From Macrostomum hystrix (Eukaryota; Animalia; Platyhelminthes), in the NCBI GenBank assembly GCA_950097015.1, contig CATNEN010000038.1, positions 1,922,001 to 1,986,000 on the forward strand: DNA of 64,000 nt. Direction: 5' to 3'. The position numbers and the translations under genes are program-made. Position 1 is the stretch's first letter. Each line of letters starts with the position of its first letter. This document shows positions 1 through 12,319 of the stretch, piece after piece. Below the pieces are notes generated by a model. The model worked only from the letters and a program-made list of their open reading frames with translations, ran no database searches and was not told where the DNA came from.

Positions 1-585
1 GCTCTGCCCTCAACCCCCTAGTAGGGGTTCTGCCCTCAACCCCCTAGTGGGGGCTCTGCCCTGACAACCCCAGTGGGGCTCTGCCCTCACAACCCCCAGT
101 GGGGCTCTGCCCTCAACCCCCTAGTAGGGGTTCTGCCCTGACAACCCCAGTGGGGCTGTGCCCTCAACCCCCTAGTATGGGTTCCGCCCTGACAACCCCA
201 GTGGGGCTCTGCCCTCAACCCCCTAGTAGGTCTCTGCCCTCAACCCCCTAGTGGGGGCTCTGCCCTCAACCCCCCTAGTGGGGGCTCTGCCCTCAACCCC
301 CTAGTAGGGGTTCTGCCCTCAACCCCCTAGTGGGGGCTCTGCCCTGACAACCCCAGTGGGGCTCTGCCCTCACAACCCCCAGTGGGGCTCTGCCCTCAAC
401 CCCCTAGTAGGGGTTCTGCCCTGACAACCCCAGTGGGGCTGTGCCCTCAACCCCCTAGTGGGGGCTCTGCCCTGACAACCCCAGTGGGGCTCTGCACTCA
501 CAACCCCCAGTGGGGCTCTGCACTCACAACCCCTAGTGGGGCTTTGCACTCACAACCCCCAGTGGGGCTCTGCACTCACAACCTC
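1..585. repeat. GC-rich minisatellite, ~29-30 bp variable unit (GGGGCTCTGCCCTCAACCCCCTAGT); truncated by window start
   Basis: Direct tandem repetition; ORF 382-645 is a translation of the repeat. Confidence 0.95.
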
Positions 586-1446
586 ACTCTATCTCTAAAT
601 TGTTGCACCAAATGCGGCCGAAGAGGATGCTTAATAAATAAGTGAATCTGATTTCGTTTACAATAGTTCGATTAATCATCTATGACTGCTGATATGGTGG
701 GCAAATTTTTTATTACCAATAAAACTAACACGCAAATTTTCGCCCTGGGCAAAGACCACTAGGGGTATTTCAAATACCAACTCCCTACTTCCCGATAGCT
801 CCCAAACTGAATGAGAGTTTTTCGTGAAAATCCGAATGTTTTGTGATTCTTGAAGTTGTTTCATCGAAGAAAATAGAAAAATGTGGGTGTTTGAAAATAC
901 TCAGGTGGTGTTTCTACTGCTTAGTAGGCTTGCTAAAGCCAAGAATAATTCTCGCGCAAGGAAGGCGATATGTAATTAAGATACAAGCAAAGGCAGCTGA
1001 TGCTTAATATTCAGTAGCAAGCGAACTTATAAATAGGATAACTGATTAAGTGTCACTGAGCACTGGGCAAGGTGACGGAGTGAGAGGCTAATTAGGACGA
1101 GCTGTCTCAAATTTGACGGATGCGAGCGGGTCCTGTGAGATGCAAGCTCGACCTCTTTGAGCAGATTTTAATTAAGCCAGCAGTTTTTTAAACTGTTTTA
1201 CTTGCTTGTCGAACTAAAACTAAATAGAGGCATCCGTGAGGCTTTTAAGTACGAGTACAAGTCAAAAAGCCACAAGCCAAAAGGAAAAAAATAATTAAGA
1301 AAAAACGGAAAGCAACTTAAGTTGATTAAATGCAACCAATAAAGTTAGATTTGCAGAATGACAATTTTCATTTGCCAGCATAAAACGTTTATTTAGAAAT
1401 TTGCAACAGTTAACAAAAATTCAGTCAGGTAAAAATGTTAGTCAGC

Positions 1447-3560
1447 TCATTCAGCATAGGCACACTCCGGATCACCCGGCGTTGGCCTCTGAACTGACAA
1501 GGCGGCCAAATCTTCCACACCTTCGACAAACAGGCCGGGGACAAGAGCCTCCAGCTGGGCTGGCACAATTGCCATGGCTGCTGGCTGGCTGAGCAGGTGA
1601 ATGTTCTCACTCAGCACAAGTCGGCGCAATTTAGTCAGCCGCCAAAGACTGGCTATACCCTCCCAGCTGACACCCGGACAGGCCGACACTTCCAACACCT
1701 GCGATGATAGGGCAGAAGATTAACATGAGGATCTGAGAGGATTAACCTGGGGATCTGAGAGGATTAACCTGAGGATCTGAGAGGATTAACCTGAGGATCT
1801 GGGAAGATTAATCTGAGGATCTGGGAGGATTAACCTGAGAATCTGGGAGGATTAACCTGAGGATCTGGGAAGATTTACCTGAGGATCTGGGAGGATTAAC
1901 CTGAGAATCTGGGAGGATTAACCTGAGGATCTGGGAAGATTTACCTGAGGATCTGGGAGGATTAACCTGAGAATCTGGGAGGATTAACCTTAGGATCTGG
2001 GAAGATTAACCTGAGGATCTGGGAGGATTAACCTGAGAATCTGGGAGGATTAACCTGAGAATCTGGGAGGATTAACCTGAGGATCTGGGAGGATTAACCT
2101 CAGGATGTGGGACGATTCACATAATGATTTATGAGGATTAACCGGAGGATTTAGGAGGATTAAATTTAGGATCTGGGAAGATTAACCTGGGAGGATTAAC
2201 CCAACGATCTGAGAGTTGAGTGGAGCAGCATTTAGTGAGCATCATTAAACCAACCTTTAAGGAGCTGCAGCGCGTGGCGACCTTGGCCAGGAAGTGGTCA
2301 TCAACGAAGGGGCAGCGCCTCAGCCGAAGGAACTGCAGGCTGCGCAGGCGCCCAATCCAGTCAACGGAGTCTGTCATCAAGCTGGCGTCGCGCGCGTCGA
2401 TGGCTTCAATGCCCAAGCCGGGAACTGGCATTAGCGGCTGGCTTGGATTTGAACCGCCCTCTGAGAACGGAAATTTTTGATATTTAATTCTATGTAGAAT
2501 GTAATTAGGGTCATTGTAAGGAGTGCTGAGCCGAGAAACCGATGATTTGTGAAGACGAAAAAGCCTGAAGCGAAGTAGGTTCTGAGCAATCGATTATATT
2601 TGAAATTTGGTGATGAACATGCAACGTGCGCGCGATGGGTGCAGATGTACATTAATCGCTCGCAACTCCGCGTACCTTACGATATATCTCAGGGCCTACA
2701 GCCAACACGACTGAATGAACGCGCGCCCACTGGGCGCCTACAGTCATGACACAAATTCATTGGCGACCCGTCTGAATGACCCAGAAAGTCATCTATGCCC
2801 TATCTGAATGACCCAGAAAGTCATCTATGCCCTATCTGAATGACCCAGAAAGTCATCTATGACCTATCTGAATGACCCAGAAAGTATTCCGTGACCTGTC
2901 TGAAGTACTAAGAAAGTCTTCTATGACCAGTCTATGATACAAAAAATGTCCAGTGACCCATCCGAATGACCTTCAAAAGCTTTAATGACCGATCCGGATG
3001 ACCCAGAAAGACTGCCATGACAAATCTCTATGACCTGTCTGAATGACCCAGAAAAACTTTAATGACCTATCCATTACCCAAAATATTTTCAATGACTCAT
3101 TTAGTTGACTCATTGACTCTTTACCAGACGGTCCAAGCCAGTCGCCTGGCGAATTTGTGAAAGAAATCCGGCAGCCCAGGCTGATGAGTTTGGCGGTGGC
3201 TGCCAGTTCGATGCCCACGTGGTTGACTAAGGCCGGGTCGTAGGCCTGGGCCACTTTGATTCGCTGATAGACCTTGCCAAGGAGCCTGTACTGGGGATCA
3301 ACGCGGCCCCTGGTCACGGTGCCCATCATCATGGCTCGGAACAGGTCACCGTAGTGCTCCTTGGTCATGTCCCAGCCCTCCGTGATCTTCGGCGCGCCAG
3401 TCCAGCGGGCGATTCGGCCGGTGAAAAATTTCGGCGGCGTCTGCGGCGGTGCCGGCTTGCTCGGGTCCGGCGGCCGCGTCACCAGATCTTCTAAGCGCAG
3501 CCGGTCAGTGGCGTAACAGCGACGGCAGCAAATGCGCATAGCGGCTACTGACAGTAGCAT
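1447..3560 (-). CDS. DMAC2/ATP5SL (ATP synthase subunit s / factor B-like) mitochondrial LRR protein; exons 3560-3125, 2460-2255, 1698-1447
   Basis: GT-AG junctions keep frame (..LGPS E GGSNP..CSSLK|VLEVSAC..). Arg-rich N-terminal presequence. LRR-type segments IEAIDARDASL, LRLRRCPFVDDHFL and LEVSACPGVSWEGIASLWRLTKLRRLVL are typical of the ATP5S/DMAC2 family. Confidence 0.75.
1718..2200. repeat. 22-bp intronic minisatellite (CTGAGGATCTGGGAGGATTAAC) in DMAC2-like intron 2
   Basis: Direct tandem copies. Confidence 0.95.
2765..3075. repeat. 32-bp degenerate minisatellite (TCTGAATGACCCAGAAAGTCATCTATGCCCTA) in DMAC2-like intron 1
   Basis: Direct tandem copies. Confidence 0.9.
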
Positions 3561-3609
3561 ACTGAAACTGGGGCGAAACAAAACTCTTTAGAAGGAAATC
3601 CGGAGAAAG

Positions 3610-4430
3610 AAGCGAAGAGGGAGAATAACATGAGAGGGGAAAATCACGAGAGAAGAAGAGAGAATGATTGGAGAAGAGGAGAGAATGATTGGAGAAGAGG
3701 GGAGAATGATTGGAGAAGAGGGGAGAATGATTGGAGAAGAGGGGAGAATGATTGGAGAAGAGGGGAGAATGATTGGAGAAGAGGGGAGAATGGTGAAAGA
3801 AGAGCGGAGAACCGACTAAGAAGAAGCGAGAATGATAGGACTAGTTGGAGAATGACGGGAGAAGAGAGGGTAATAGTGGGAGAGAAGGGGAGAATGATCG
3901 AAGAGGAAATATTGAAGGGAGAAGGTGGGAGAATTAGGGGAATTATAAAATGGGATAAATTGGAGAGGGGAGTATGATTTGATAAAAGTAGAGAATGATG
4001 GAAGAGGGGAGAACGATGGGAAAGGAGGGGAGAATGATAGGAAAGGAGGGGAGAATGATAGGAAAGGAGGGGTGAATGATGAGAAAGGTGGGGAGAATGA
4101 TGAGAAAGGAGGGGAGAATGATAGGAACGGAAGGGAGAATGATAGGTAAGGAGGGGAGAATGATAGGAAAGGAGCGGTGAATGATGAGAAAGGTGGGGAG
4201 AATGATGAGAAAGGAGGGGAGAATGATGAGAAAGGAGGGGAGAATGATGGGAACGGAAGGGAGAATGATAGGAAAGGAGGGGAGAATGATAGGAAAGGAG
4301 GGGAGAATGATAGGAACGGAGGGGAGAATGATGGGAAAGGAGGGAAGTGATGAGAAAAGAGGGGATAACGATGGGAAAGGAGGTGAGAATGATGGAAAAG
4401 AAGGGGAGAATGAAGGGAGGTTAGAACAAT
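3610..4430. repeat. 21-bp purine-rich minisatellite (GAGAATGATAGGAAAGGAGGG-type)
   Basis: Tandem copies; the overlapping low-complexity ORFs are artefacts. Confidence 0.95.
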
Positions 4431-5329
4431 AAGGAATATTCTGCTTTGAATTCTGCAACATGCCAAGCTTCAAAACAAAAGCAAATAATTAAAGAAAACA
4501 AGGCGATGTGTTCATACTTGAGACAAGTTTTCAAACTAGCTTTTTTTTTAGTTGATTTCACAGTGCTTTATCCAACTGTCAAACAATTCATTAGATATAA
4601 ACGGATATAGACGGATGATGCAGGCACACGTTGAACAACGAGAAATGAGCAGGGGCCAATGGCTCTCTTAGGGAATGAGGATTGATTTCATTTGCAACGC
4701 ATAAAAAAGCACAGCATGCCAACAATACTACTTAGACTAATGCTGTGTGAAATAGTAGTAGGCTGTCAATTGAAAAACAACAGAATGACAGAAGAGAACA
4801 AAAACAGGACGCATTGGATCAGAAATGCAACAAAAACGCCAGACAGACACACACACAGACACTTGGACAGTCGCAAACAATAAACAAAAGAAATATCTAA
4901 AGTACTTAGTGTTTAGGGCCAACTTATAAACATGAGCAGTTATGCTCAAGCAATGCATTAGAGAAAAAGCAGTTTTCTACCAGTTTAGCAAACAATTTAT
5001 TTTCTATGTTAATATCCTTCTGTATTGTTAGACTACTGATGAGTAGTGAGAACTGATAAAGTTTATTTAAAGTTAAGATAACAATTATTTGCACAACCAA
5101 CTAACAGAAAAAAACGAATATAATTTACTGACAACAACAAACTAAATTATTTCGTGCGAACAGACAGTGTATAAGCGGCTCTGCGTTAGGTCATAAAGAA
5201 AGGTGTTTCATTCCTTAAATTCTACTTAAAAGTACATTTGTAGCCCATTAATGCATAGGATTCAACAACAACTATTAACTTCGTAAAAATATTTTACAAT
5301 TATTTTTTAAAGGGCCTTTAAAGGACGGA

Positions 5330-5795
5330 TTTAGCCTAATTTCAAGGGATTTAGGTCATACATCAAGCCTAATTCCAAGGGATTTAGGTCATACATCAAG
5401 CCTAATTCCAAGGGATTTAGGTCATATACCAAGTCTAATTCCAAGGGATTTAGGTCATATACCAAGTCTAATTCCAAGGGATTTAGGTCATATATAGTAA
5501 GTCTAATTCAAAGGGATTTAGGTCATATACCAAGTCTAATTCCAAGGGATTTAGGTCATATACCAAGTCTAATTCCAAGGGATTTAGGTCATATACCAAG
5601 TCTAATTCCAAGGGATTTAGGTCATATACCAAGTCTAATTCAAAGGGATTTAGGTCATATATAGTAAGTCTAATTCAAAGGGATTTAGGTCATATTTATC
5701 AAGTCTAATTCCAAGAGTACATGTTGGAATTTAGGTCATATCAAGCTTAAATTAAAGGGATTTAGGTCCATATATCAAGCCTAATTCCAAGGGAT
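5330..5795. repeat. 33-bp minisatellite (CCAAGGGATTTAGGTCATATACCAAGTCTAATT)
   Basis: Direct tandem copies. Confidence 0.95.
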
Positions 5796-5971
5796 TAAAA
5801 CCAGTTCTTGCTATGTCCCTAAGGATTTTAGCCCTATATGTAAGGTTAAACCGTATTTTATAACTGTTCACACTTATAGCATCTCATATCTAGAAAAGTG
5901 GACAAAAACTACTAAATCAGCCCCACAGAAAACACACAGGGTATGTACGAGCTATTATACAGCAAACGAAC

Positions 5972-8513
5972 TCAACGCCAGCTGTCACTATTAGCTCCGC
6001 CACCAGACCTGTAGTAGCCGCCTCCGCCGCCGCGGTTGCCGTAGCCCTGACCGCCGTAGCCCTGACCGCCGTAGCCCTGACCGCCGTAGCCCTGACCGCC
6101 GTAGCCCTGACCGCCGTAGCCCTGACCGTTGTAGCCCTGACCGCCGTAGCCCTGACCGTTGTAGCCGCCCTGCCTATTGCCCTGATTATTGTAATAGCCA
6201 CTGTTGTAACCGTTGCCTTGATGACGATTGCCGCCGCGTTGTCCTCTGAAGCTGCCGCCGCTACCGGCGATGGAGCCGAAGGTCTCAACGTCGACCCGGC
6301 GACGCTGCTGACGACCGCTGAGGCCGCCACCTGGACCTCCGGGACCACCGGCGCCGATTGTGTCGAAAAACGACTTCGACTGGTTGGCGTCGAAAAGGGA
6401 TATGTGGATGTTTTGTGGAGCGATATTTAATAAGTGGATTCATGAATCAGCACTGCGAAGAATGGTGACTGAGTGCACTAAAGTGATAGTGTACACTAAA
6501 GTGACTGTGCACACTAAAGTGGCAGTGTACACTACAGTGACCGTGTACACTACAGTGACTGTGCACACTACAGTGATTGTGCACACTACAGTGACCGTGT
6601 ACACTACAGTGACTGTGCACACTACAGTGATTGTGCACACTACAGTGACTGTGCACACTACAGTGATTGTGCACACTACAGTGATTGTGCACACTAACGT
6701 GACAGTGTACACTACAGTAACTGTGAACACTGTACACTACAGTGTACACAATAATATAAAATACTTTACGCGCACCTTATTGTACGCTGGCTCAGCTACA
6801 ACATCGCCGGCAGCTCCCAGGCCATCAGCGGCTCCAGAGTCCGGAGCTGCCGACGCCGACGAAGATGAAGAGGCTGTGGGAACGGCTGCCGAATCGGGCG
6901 CTTGTTCAGCGGCAGCAGCAGGGCTGGTCGCTTTGTTGCTAGCCGGATCAGACACGTCAAGCAGGCGCAGCTCCTGTTCGAGTACAGCATTGGCTGACTC
7001 GAAATCGTAATCAACGTCGTATCGGTTGGAATTTGAAGTTGGGCCAGCATCGGTCGATGCCGCAGCAGCGCCTGTCGGAGGCACCTGTTGCGGCTGCGGC
7101 TGCTGCTGCTGATGACGTGGCGGAATACGATGCTGCTGTTGTTGATTTTGATGCTGCTGCTGATAATGGTGCTGCTGCTGCTGATACATCGGTGGAGGCT
7201 GCATTAGCAGTGGCGGCCCACCAGACATCAAATTTTGGTGCTGGTTTAAAAACAAGAAACTTTGTTATAATCATGTTACTATATGTATGGACAAACGTAA
7301 TGCACACGAAAGTTTGATAACAAACTAATAGTAAGTGATCTTGAAAAAAATTAACATTTGTGTCACAAGAAAGTGATCAGAACCAAGATTAAGAACTGAG
7401 GAGTGACCAGAACTGAGTTTGAGAACTGAGGAGTGACCAGAACTCAGTTTGAGAACTGAGGAGTGACCAGAACTGAGTTTGAGAACTGAGGAGTGACCAG
7501 AACTGAGTTTGAGAACTGAGGAGTGACCAGAACTGAGTTTGAGAACTGAGGAGTGACCAGAACTGAGTTTGAGAACTGAGGAGTGACCAGAACTGAGTTT
7601 GAGAACTGAGGAGTGACCAGAACTCAGTTTGAGAACTGAGGAGTGACCAGAACTCAGTTTGAGAACTGAGGAGTGACCAGAACTCAGTTTGAGAACTGAG
7701 GAGTGACCAGAACTGAGTTTGAGAACTGAGGAGTGACCAGAACTGAGTTTGAGAACTGAGGAGTGACCAGAACTCAGTTTGAGAACTGAGGAGTGACCAG
7801 AACTCAGTTTGAGAACTGAGGAGTGACCAGAACTGAGTTTGAGAACTGAGGAGTGACCAGAACTGAGTTTGAGAACTGAGGAGTGACCAGAACTCAGTTT
7901 GAGAACTGAGGAGTGACTAGAACTCAGTTTGAGAACTGAGGAGTGACCAGAACTCAGTTTGAGAACTGAGGAGTGACCAGAACTCAGTTTGAGAACTGAG
8001 GAGTGACTAGAACTCAGTTTGAGAACTGAGGAGTGACTAGAACTCAGTTTGAGAACTGAGGAGTGACCAGAAATCTAGGAGTGATACGAATCGGCTTGTA
8101 AAACAGTTTGGCAAACTTACCATTGTGGGCGAGACAGAAGCGGCAGCGGTTGGCACAGCAGACTGCGGCAGTGTCTGCGGCTGCTGCTTGGGTGACGGCG
8201 GCCTGACTGGGGCAGCCTGCATGCTCACAATGGCAGGATCGGTGTATTGATCTTCTTCCTCAGTTTCCACCTGGGGCGGCTCGCACACGTGCAGATCGCT
8301 AATATCGCTGCCCCGGAAGACAATGCACTGGTAGACATCGTTGCTGGGCGGCATGAACCGCTGGCAGGCGCGATCCTCGGTGCCAAAGGAGCGCACAGTG
8401 GTCAGAGTCACAGTGGATTCGTTAGTATCAATGGAAGATAGAACACCTTCATAACGGATGGCAGCTTTTGATATGAGGCTGATGCGGCTGCCCAGGTAGG
8501 CCTGGTCAGACAT
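5972..8513 (-). CDS. LSM14: LSM14/RAP55/Trailer hitch P-body RNA-binding protein; exons 8513-8121, 7240-6776, 6379-5972
   Basis: LSm14 domain [29 protein letters not shown]; FDF box DYDFESANA; FFD box YNK|SKSFFD; TFG box VETFG; RGG/QGYGG tail; phase-0 GT-AG junctions. Confidence 0.95.
6470..6745. repeat. 18-bp intronic minisatellite (TACAGTGACTGTGCACAC) in LSM14 intron 2
   Basis: Direct tandem copies. Confidence 0.93.
7393..8071. repeat. 30-bp intronic minisatellite (GAGAACTGAGGAGTGACCAGAACTGAGTTT) in LSM14 intron 1
   Basis: About 22 near-identical copies. Confidence 0.97.
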
Positions 8514-9951
8514 GTCTAGCTCTAGTTTCTTTTTGAGTAATTTAGTAAGAAATTGAAAAGTGAAAACTTTGATTTATAAGCACCTGAGCTGAAATTAGGC
8601 AATGTATAATTACAATTATTACAAAGATCATGCAAACTAAAAGCTGAATTTCAAATAGACAGAAGTTTGATGTTTACTAAGTTTGTACATTGTAGTTAAA
8701 ACAAAAAACATTACATCTTATACTAAAAAATATTAATACTATAGCATTGATACTATCATACGTTCAGTTTACAATAAAAATAAAAAACATATTTATTTTT
8801 TGCACTACTGCAATATATATTTTATACACAAAAATTTCCTTACAAATAAATCAACAAAGACTGATTAACTCTATGTTAATAATAGTACTAAACAGGTCAA
8901 ATACTAAAAGAATACAAGAAAATATGCCTTTATATAAATATTAATACTTCTGAGCCATCATCTAAAAAGGCACTATGTGTGTTAGGTCCAGCTGCCATGG
9001 TAGCCAGATCAGTTTCTAAATCTCAGTTTCTTATATATGATAAGCTAAACCATCTGATTATTAGGCAGTGCTTTAGACTACAGCATGGCATGGCACAAAC
9101 TAATCAGTACACCACCAAGCAAGTCTTTTGCATAGGCTGATATTCAATTTCATGTAGGGCACCAGACTGTCAAGGTAGGGTAATGTATCATCAACCAAAC
9201 AAGAATGTGTATTTTTTTAACTTCAAACCTAAGCTACAGATTTTCTATTTAAGATATGATGATAAATCAAAAGCCAAGTTATCGAAAACAGTTACATCTT
9301 TCTAAAAAGTATCTGCTTTTGCTATTTTATCAAATAGAAAAAAGTTATTCCTGCTTTTTATCTATAACCGAACAATGATTTTCATGTATCTTCAAACCAA
9401 ACAGAGAATTTGATGTTTGGTTTTACAATTTGAGTGAGTGGTTTAATCTTATTTTAAGGAGTGAACTATCATGAATTATGTGATTTGAAAGCATTTTTCA
9501 TGCTCTATAAATAACTACATTTATGGTCATTTAATTGGCAAGCAACCACATACAATCTTTGTCTAAAGTACATACTGAAAAAATGTTGTTAAAAAGTATG
9601 CTTTTGCAATAAAAATTTCTACTGAAACATCAATATCTTTCTTTCCTCTTAATGCTTCATTGCACATCATGCCTCAGCTTGTAGATAATTTCTTCAACTT
9701 TCAAATTAGTTGTTCTGTGAAACACAATAGCTTGTTTCTGTCTTGCACGAGACATAGGAAGAAGTCAAAATTCTTGTTCGGTTTTGAAGATACACTGTTC
9801 AGTTGATGATACATTACCCTAAGCAAGCTCTGACAGCAAGCTACTTGTAAGAATGTTGTCAGGCACAGTCAGCACCTTATTGGTCTTTAGCATGTCAATG
9901 ATTAGGCTGATTGCTTGCTACCACAAATTAACTGCAATAGTGTTGTCACTT

Positions 9952-10377
9952 CCATAGTCCGGATCATGTTGGCTGTAGGCCAGAAGAAAAATTGTTAACA
10001 AAGTGTATGCACGCCAAGGATGCAGAGTTTTTCAAATTGCACACTAGTGCACGCCAACGTGGTACATCATAGAATTTGTATAAAAAATATGTAACAAATT
10101 TTTCACTTTAAAGAGTTTTTACAGATAACAGAACATTTTGTTTTAGTCAAGCAAAGTCCATTAAATAATTGGTTGATATTTGTAATTGTACATACAGATA
10201 CATGAAACACATATTTGATCTCTTTTTAAATGCAATGTACAATTGCACACTACACCATTGCCATGCAGGCCAAAGTGTACGCAACCCTTAAAATATATAC
10301 CAATGCACACCATACATGCCAGCTGAAAAAATGCACACTGGAAAATTCCAGCATACACATCATGATTAGGACTATGG
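9952..10377. mobile_element. Non-autonomous hAT-like element, TIR CCATAGTCC/GGACTATGG
   Basis: Terminal inverted repeats; 8-bp TSD TGTCACTT/TGTCACTC; same TIR type at 51987-52501. Confidence 0.75.
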
Positions 10378-10731
10378 TGTCACTCTTGTATTGATAAACT
10401 CTTTTTTGGCCAAATTGGCTGAATCAGTTCAGGCCAAAATCTGCTTTTGGGCTGAATTGACGAGTAACCATGTAGTAAAAATTAATTTAATATTATTTAT
10501 TGAAATTATCTATTATTTTTTAGCCAAATGCCCATACTTAGGGCCTATTTGAATGAAATAACTTATCAGTTATTCCATACCCTAGGCCCTAGTAATAATT
10601 TGTAAAGTTATCATACATATTTGTGAATTTTTGTCAATAATTAAAATCTGTATCTTACTTCAATCATTTTAATTGTAAGGCAGCCAACCAAAACATTGTT
10701 ATTGTGCAATTTACATTATGTACTTGGCAGT

Positions 10732-11008
10732 CATACATGCGCAACCTCCTAAATCTTAGCCAGCCGTGCGACTTAGTTTTTGCTCTATTTACGACTTAGT
10801 TTGCTCTCATTTGCGACTTAGTTCGTTTCATTGCTCTATTTACGACTTAGTTTGCTCCCATTTGCTCTCTTTTTCTCTCCCCTTTTTCCTTTTCTTCACG
10901 CCTTCCTTTTTTGTCTCTTGGTCCCCCCTTTGATTTTTTTGCGCTTGGTCAATTGGTTTTTGAGACTTTTGCGGTTCGGCCGGGTCGGCCGGGTGTTGCG
11001 CATTTATG
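10732..11008. mobile_element. hAT-type MITE, TIR CATACATGCGCAAC
   Basis: 14-bp TIR, perfect 8-bp TSD TTGGCAGT, internal TGCGACTTAG repeats; related copy at 53916-54595. Confidence 0.9.
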
Positions 11009-11544
11009 TTGGCAGTGATATAGATTTTTGGCAATATTTGACTTCCTAGAGTACACATGTGTAATGATGTGTATAAGTAAATAATAAACACCGTTTAATT
11101 CACATTCTGTGGTTAGAATGTCCGAGACTCTGTTTAATGGTCTTGAGGCGAGCGTAGCAAGCCAAGGACCATTGATTGCAGCCAAGGATAGGCCTATTCG
11201 AAACATAGACTATGATGAATTAAACAGTGTTTATCATATATGAAATATGATTGCTTATTTTTCAGGGGCATCCCATCTGATTGATAGACATATAGGTTTA
11301 GACCATTTGATTCTGACCATAGACAAAAAATTAATTTCTCACGAAGTAGCAGTCAGTCAGTGGTGGCAAAACATAAAAGCCAAATTCAAAGTTCACTTCA
11401 ATGTTCCATATAATGCTCCTTATTTCAAGGAGATTATATGATATAATATCCTAGTTTTTGTCAAATAATCTCACCAAAAATTACTATAGAGTCGGACATA
11501 GACAACAGCTCAGAATCCCAGCTCAGAATAGTACAATTTATTTA

Positions 11545-12319
11545 GGAAGTGCTTATTCCCACGGTCCCGTGCCAATATTTTCAATTTTATCCACACGGAT
11601 CCGTGCTGATAATTTCTGCTTATCCACATGGCAGCTTGTATGAATATAGGTCTACAACTCATATATGCCGTGCCATTAATTTCAATTTTATCCACACAGA
11701 TCTGTGCCGATAATTCTCTGCCTGTCCACACGGCAGCTTGTTTTGCTGATAACTTTAAGAACTTAAACCACATATTTTACAGGAACTGTGTAGCAATTTT
11801 CATGTACTATATACAACTGGTCATACATGTTTTCCAGAACCTGCAGTTACCTGTAGTAGGGCGTCTTTTAATTACGAGCAATGCACACATTAAATTTCGA
11901 ATAATCGTTAATTTCGAATAATCGTTAATTTCGAATAATATGCAACGTTGCTAACAATTGCATGAAGAATCGCGCTGACATTTGTATTGCACACGCGCTT
12001 GAAATATGATATGATGCACATGCGCAAATGATAACTATTGACTTGTTACCGTACGAAAATAAGGTTTCAGAAACTCGACGAAAGCATGTTAACTAGTTCC
12101 GCGCTTTCCTCTGCGAATCTTTACAATTGTGTGTCCTTCGGACTTAAGCGTTAAATTCTTGAGAGTTAAAACAGTCTCTTAATGCTTTTGCTGGACAATT
12201 TTCTTAGTTGTAGACCTATTCATACAAGCTGCCATGAGGATAAGCAGAAAATTATCGGCACGGATCCGTGTGGATAAAATTGAAATTATCGGCACGGGAC
12301 CGTGGGAATAAGCTCTGCC
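11545..12319. mobile_element. MULE-like MITE with ~110-bp TIRs
   Basis: 11545-11660 is the reverse complement of 12205-12319; flanked by 9-bp near-duplication ATTTATTTA/ACTTATTTA. Confidence 0.75.

Noticed and set aside
3630-4473. RRGENDW and PSFPIIL repeat proteins
   Set aside because: Frames of a 21-bp purine-rich minisatellite
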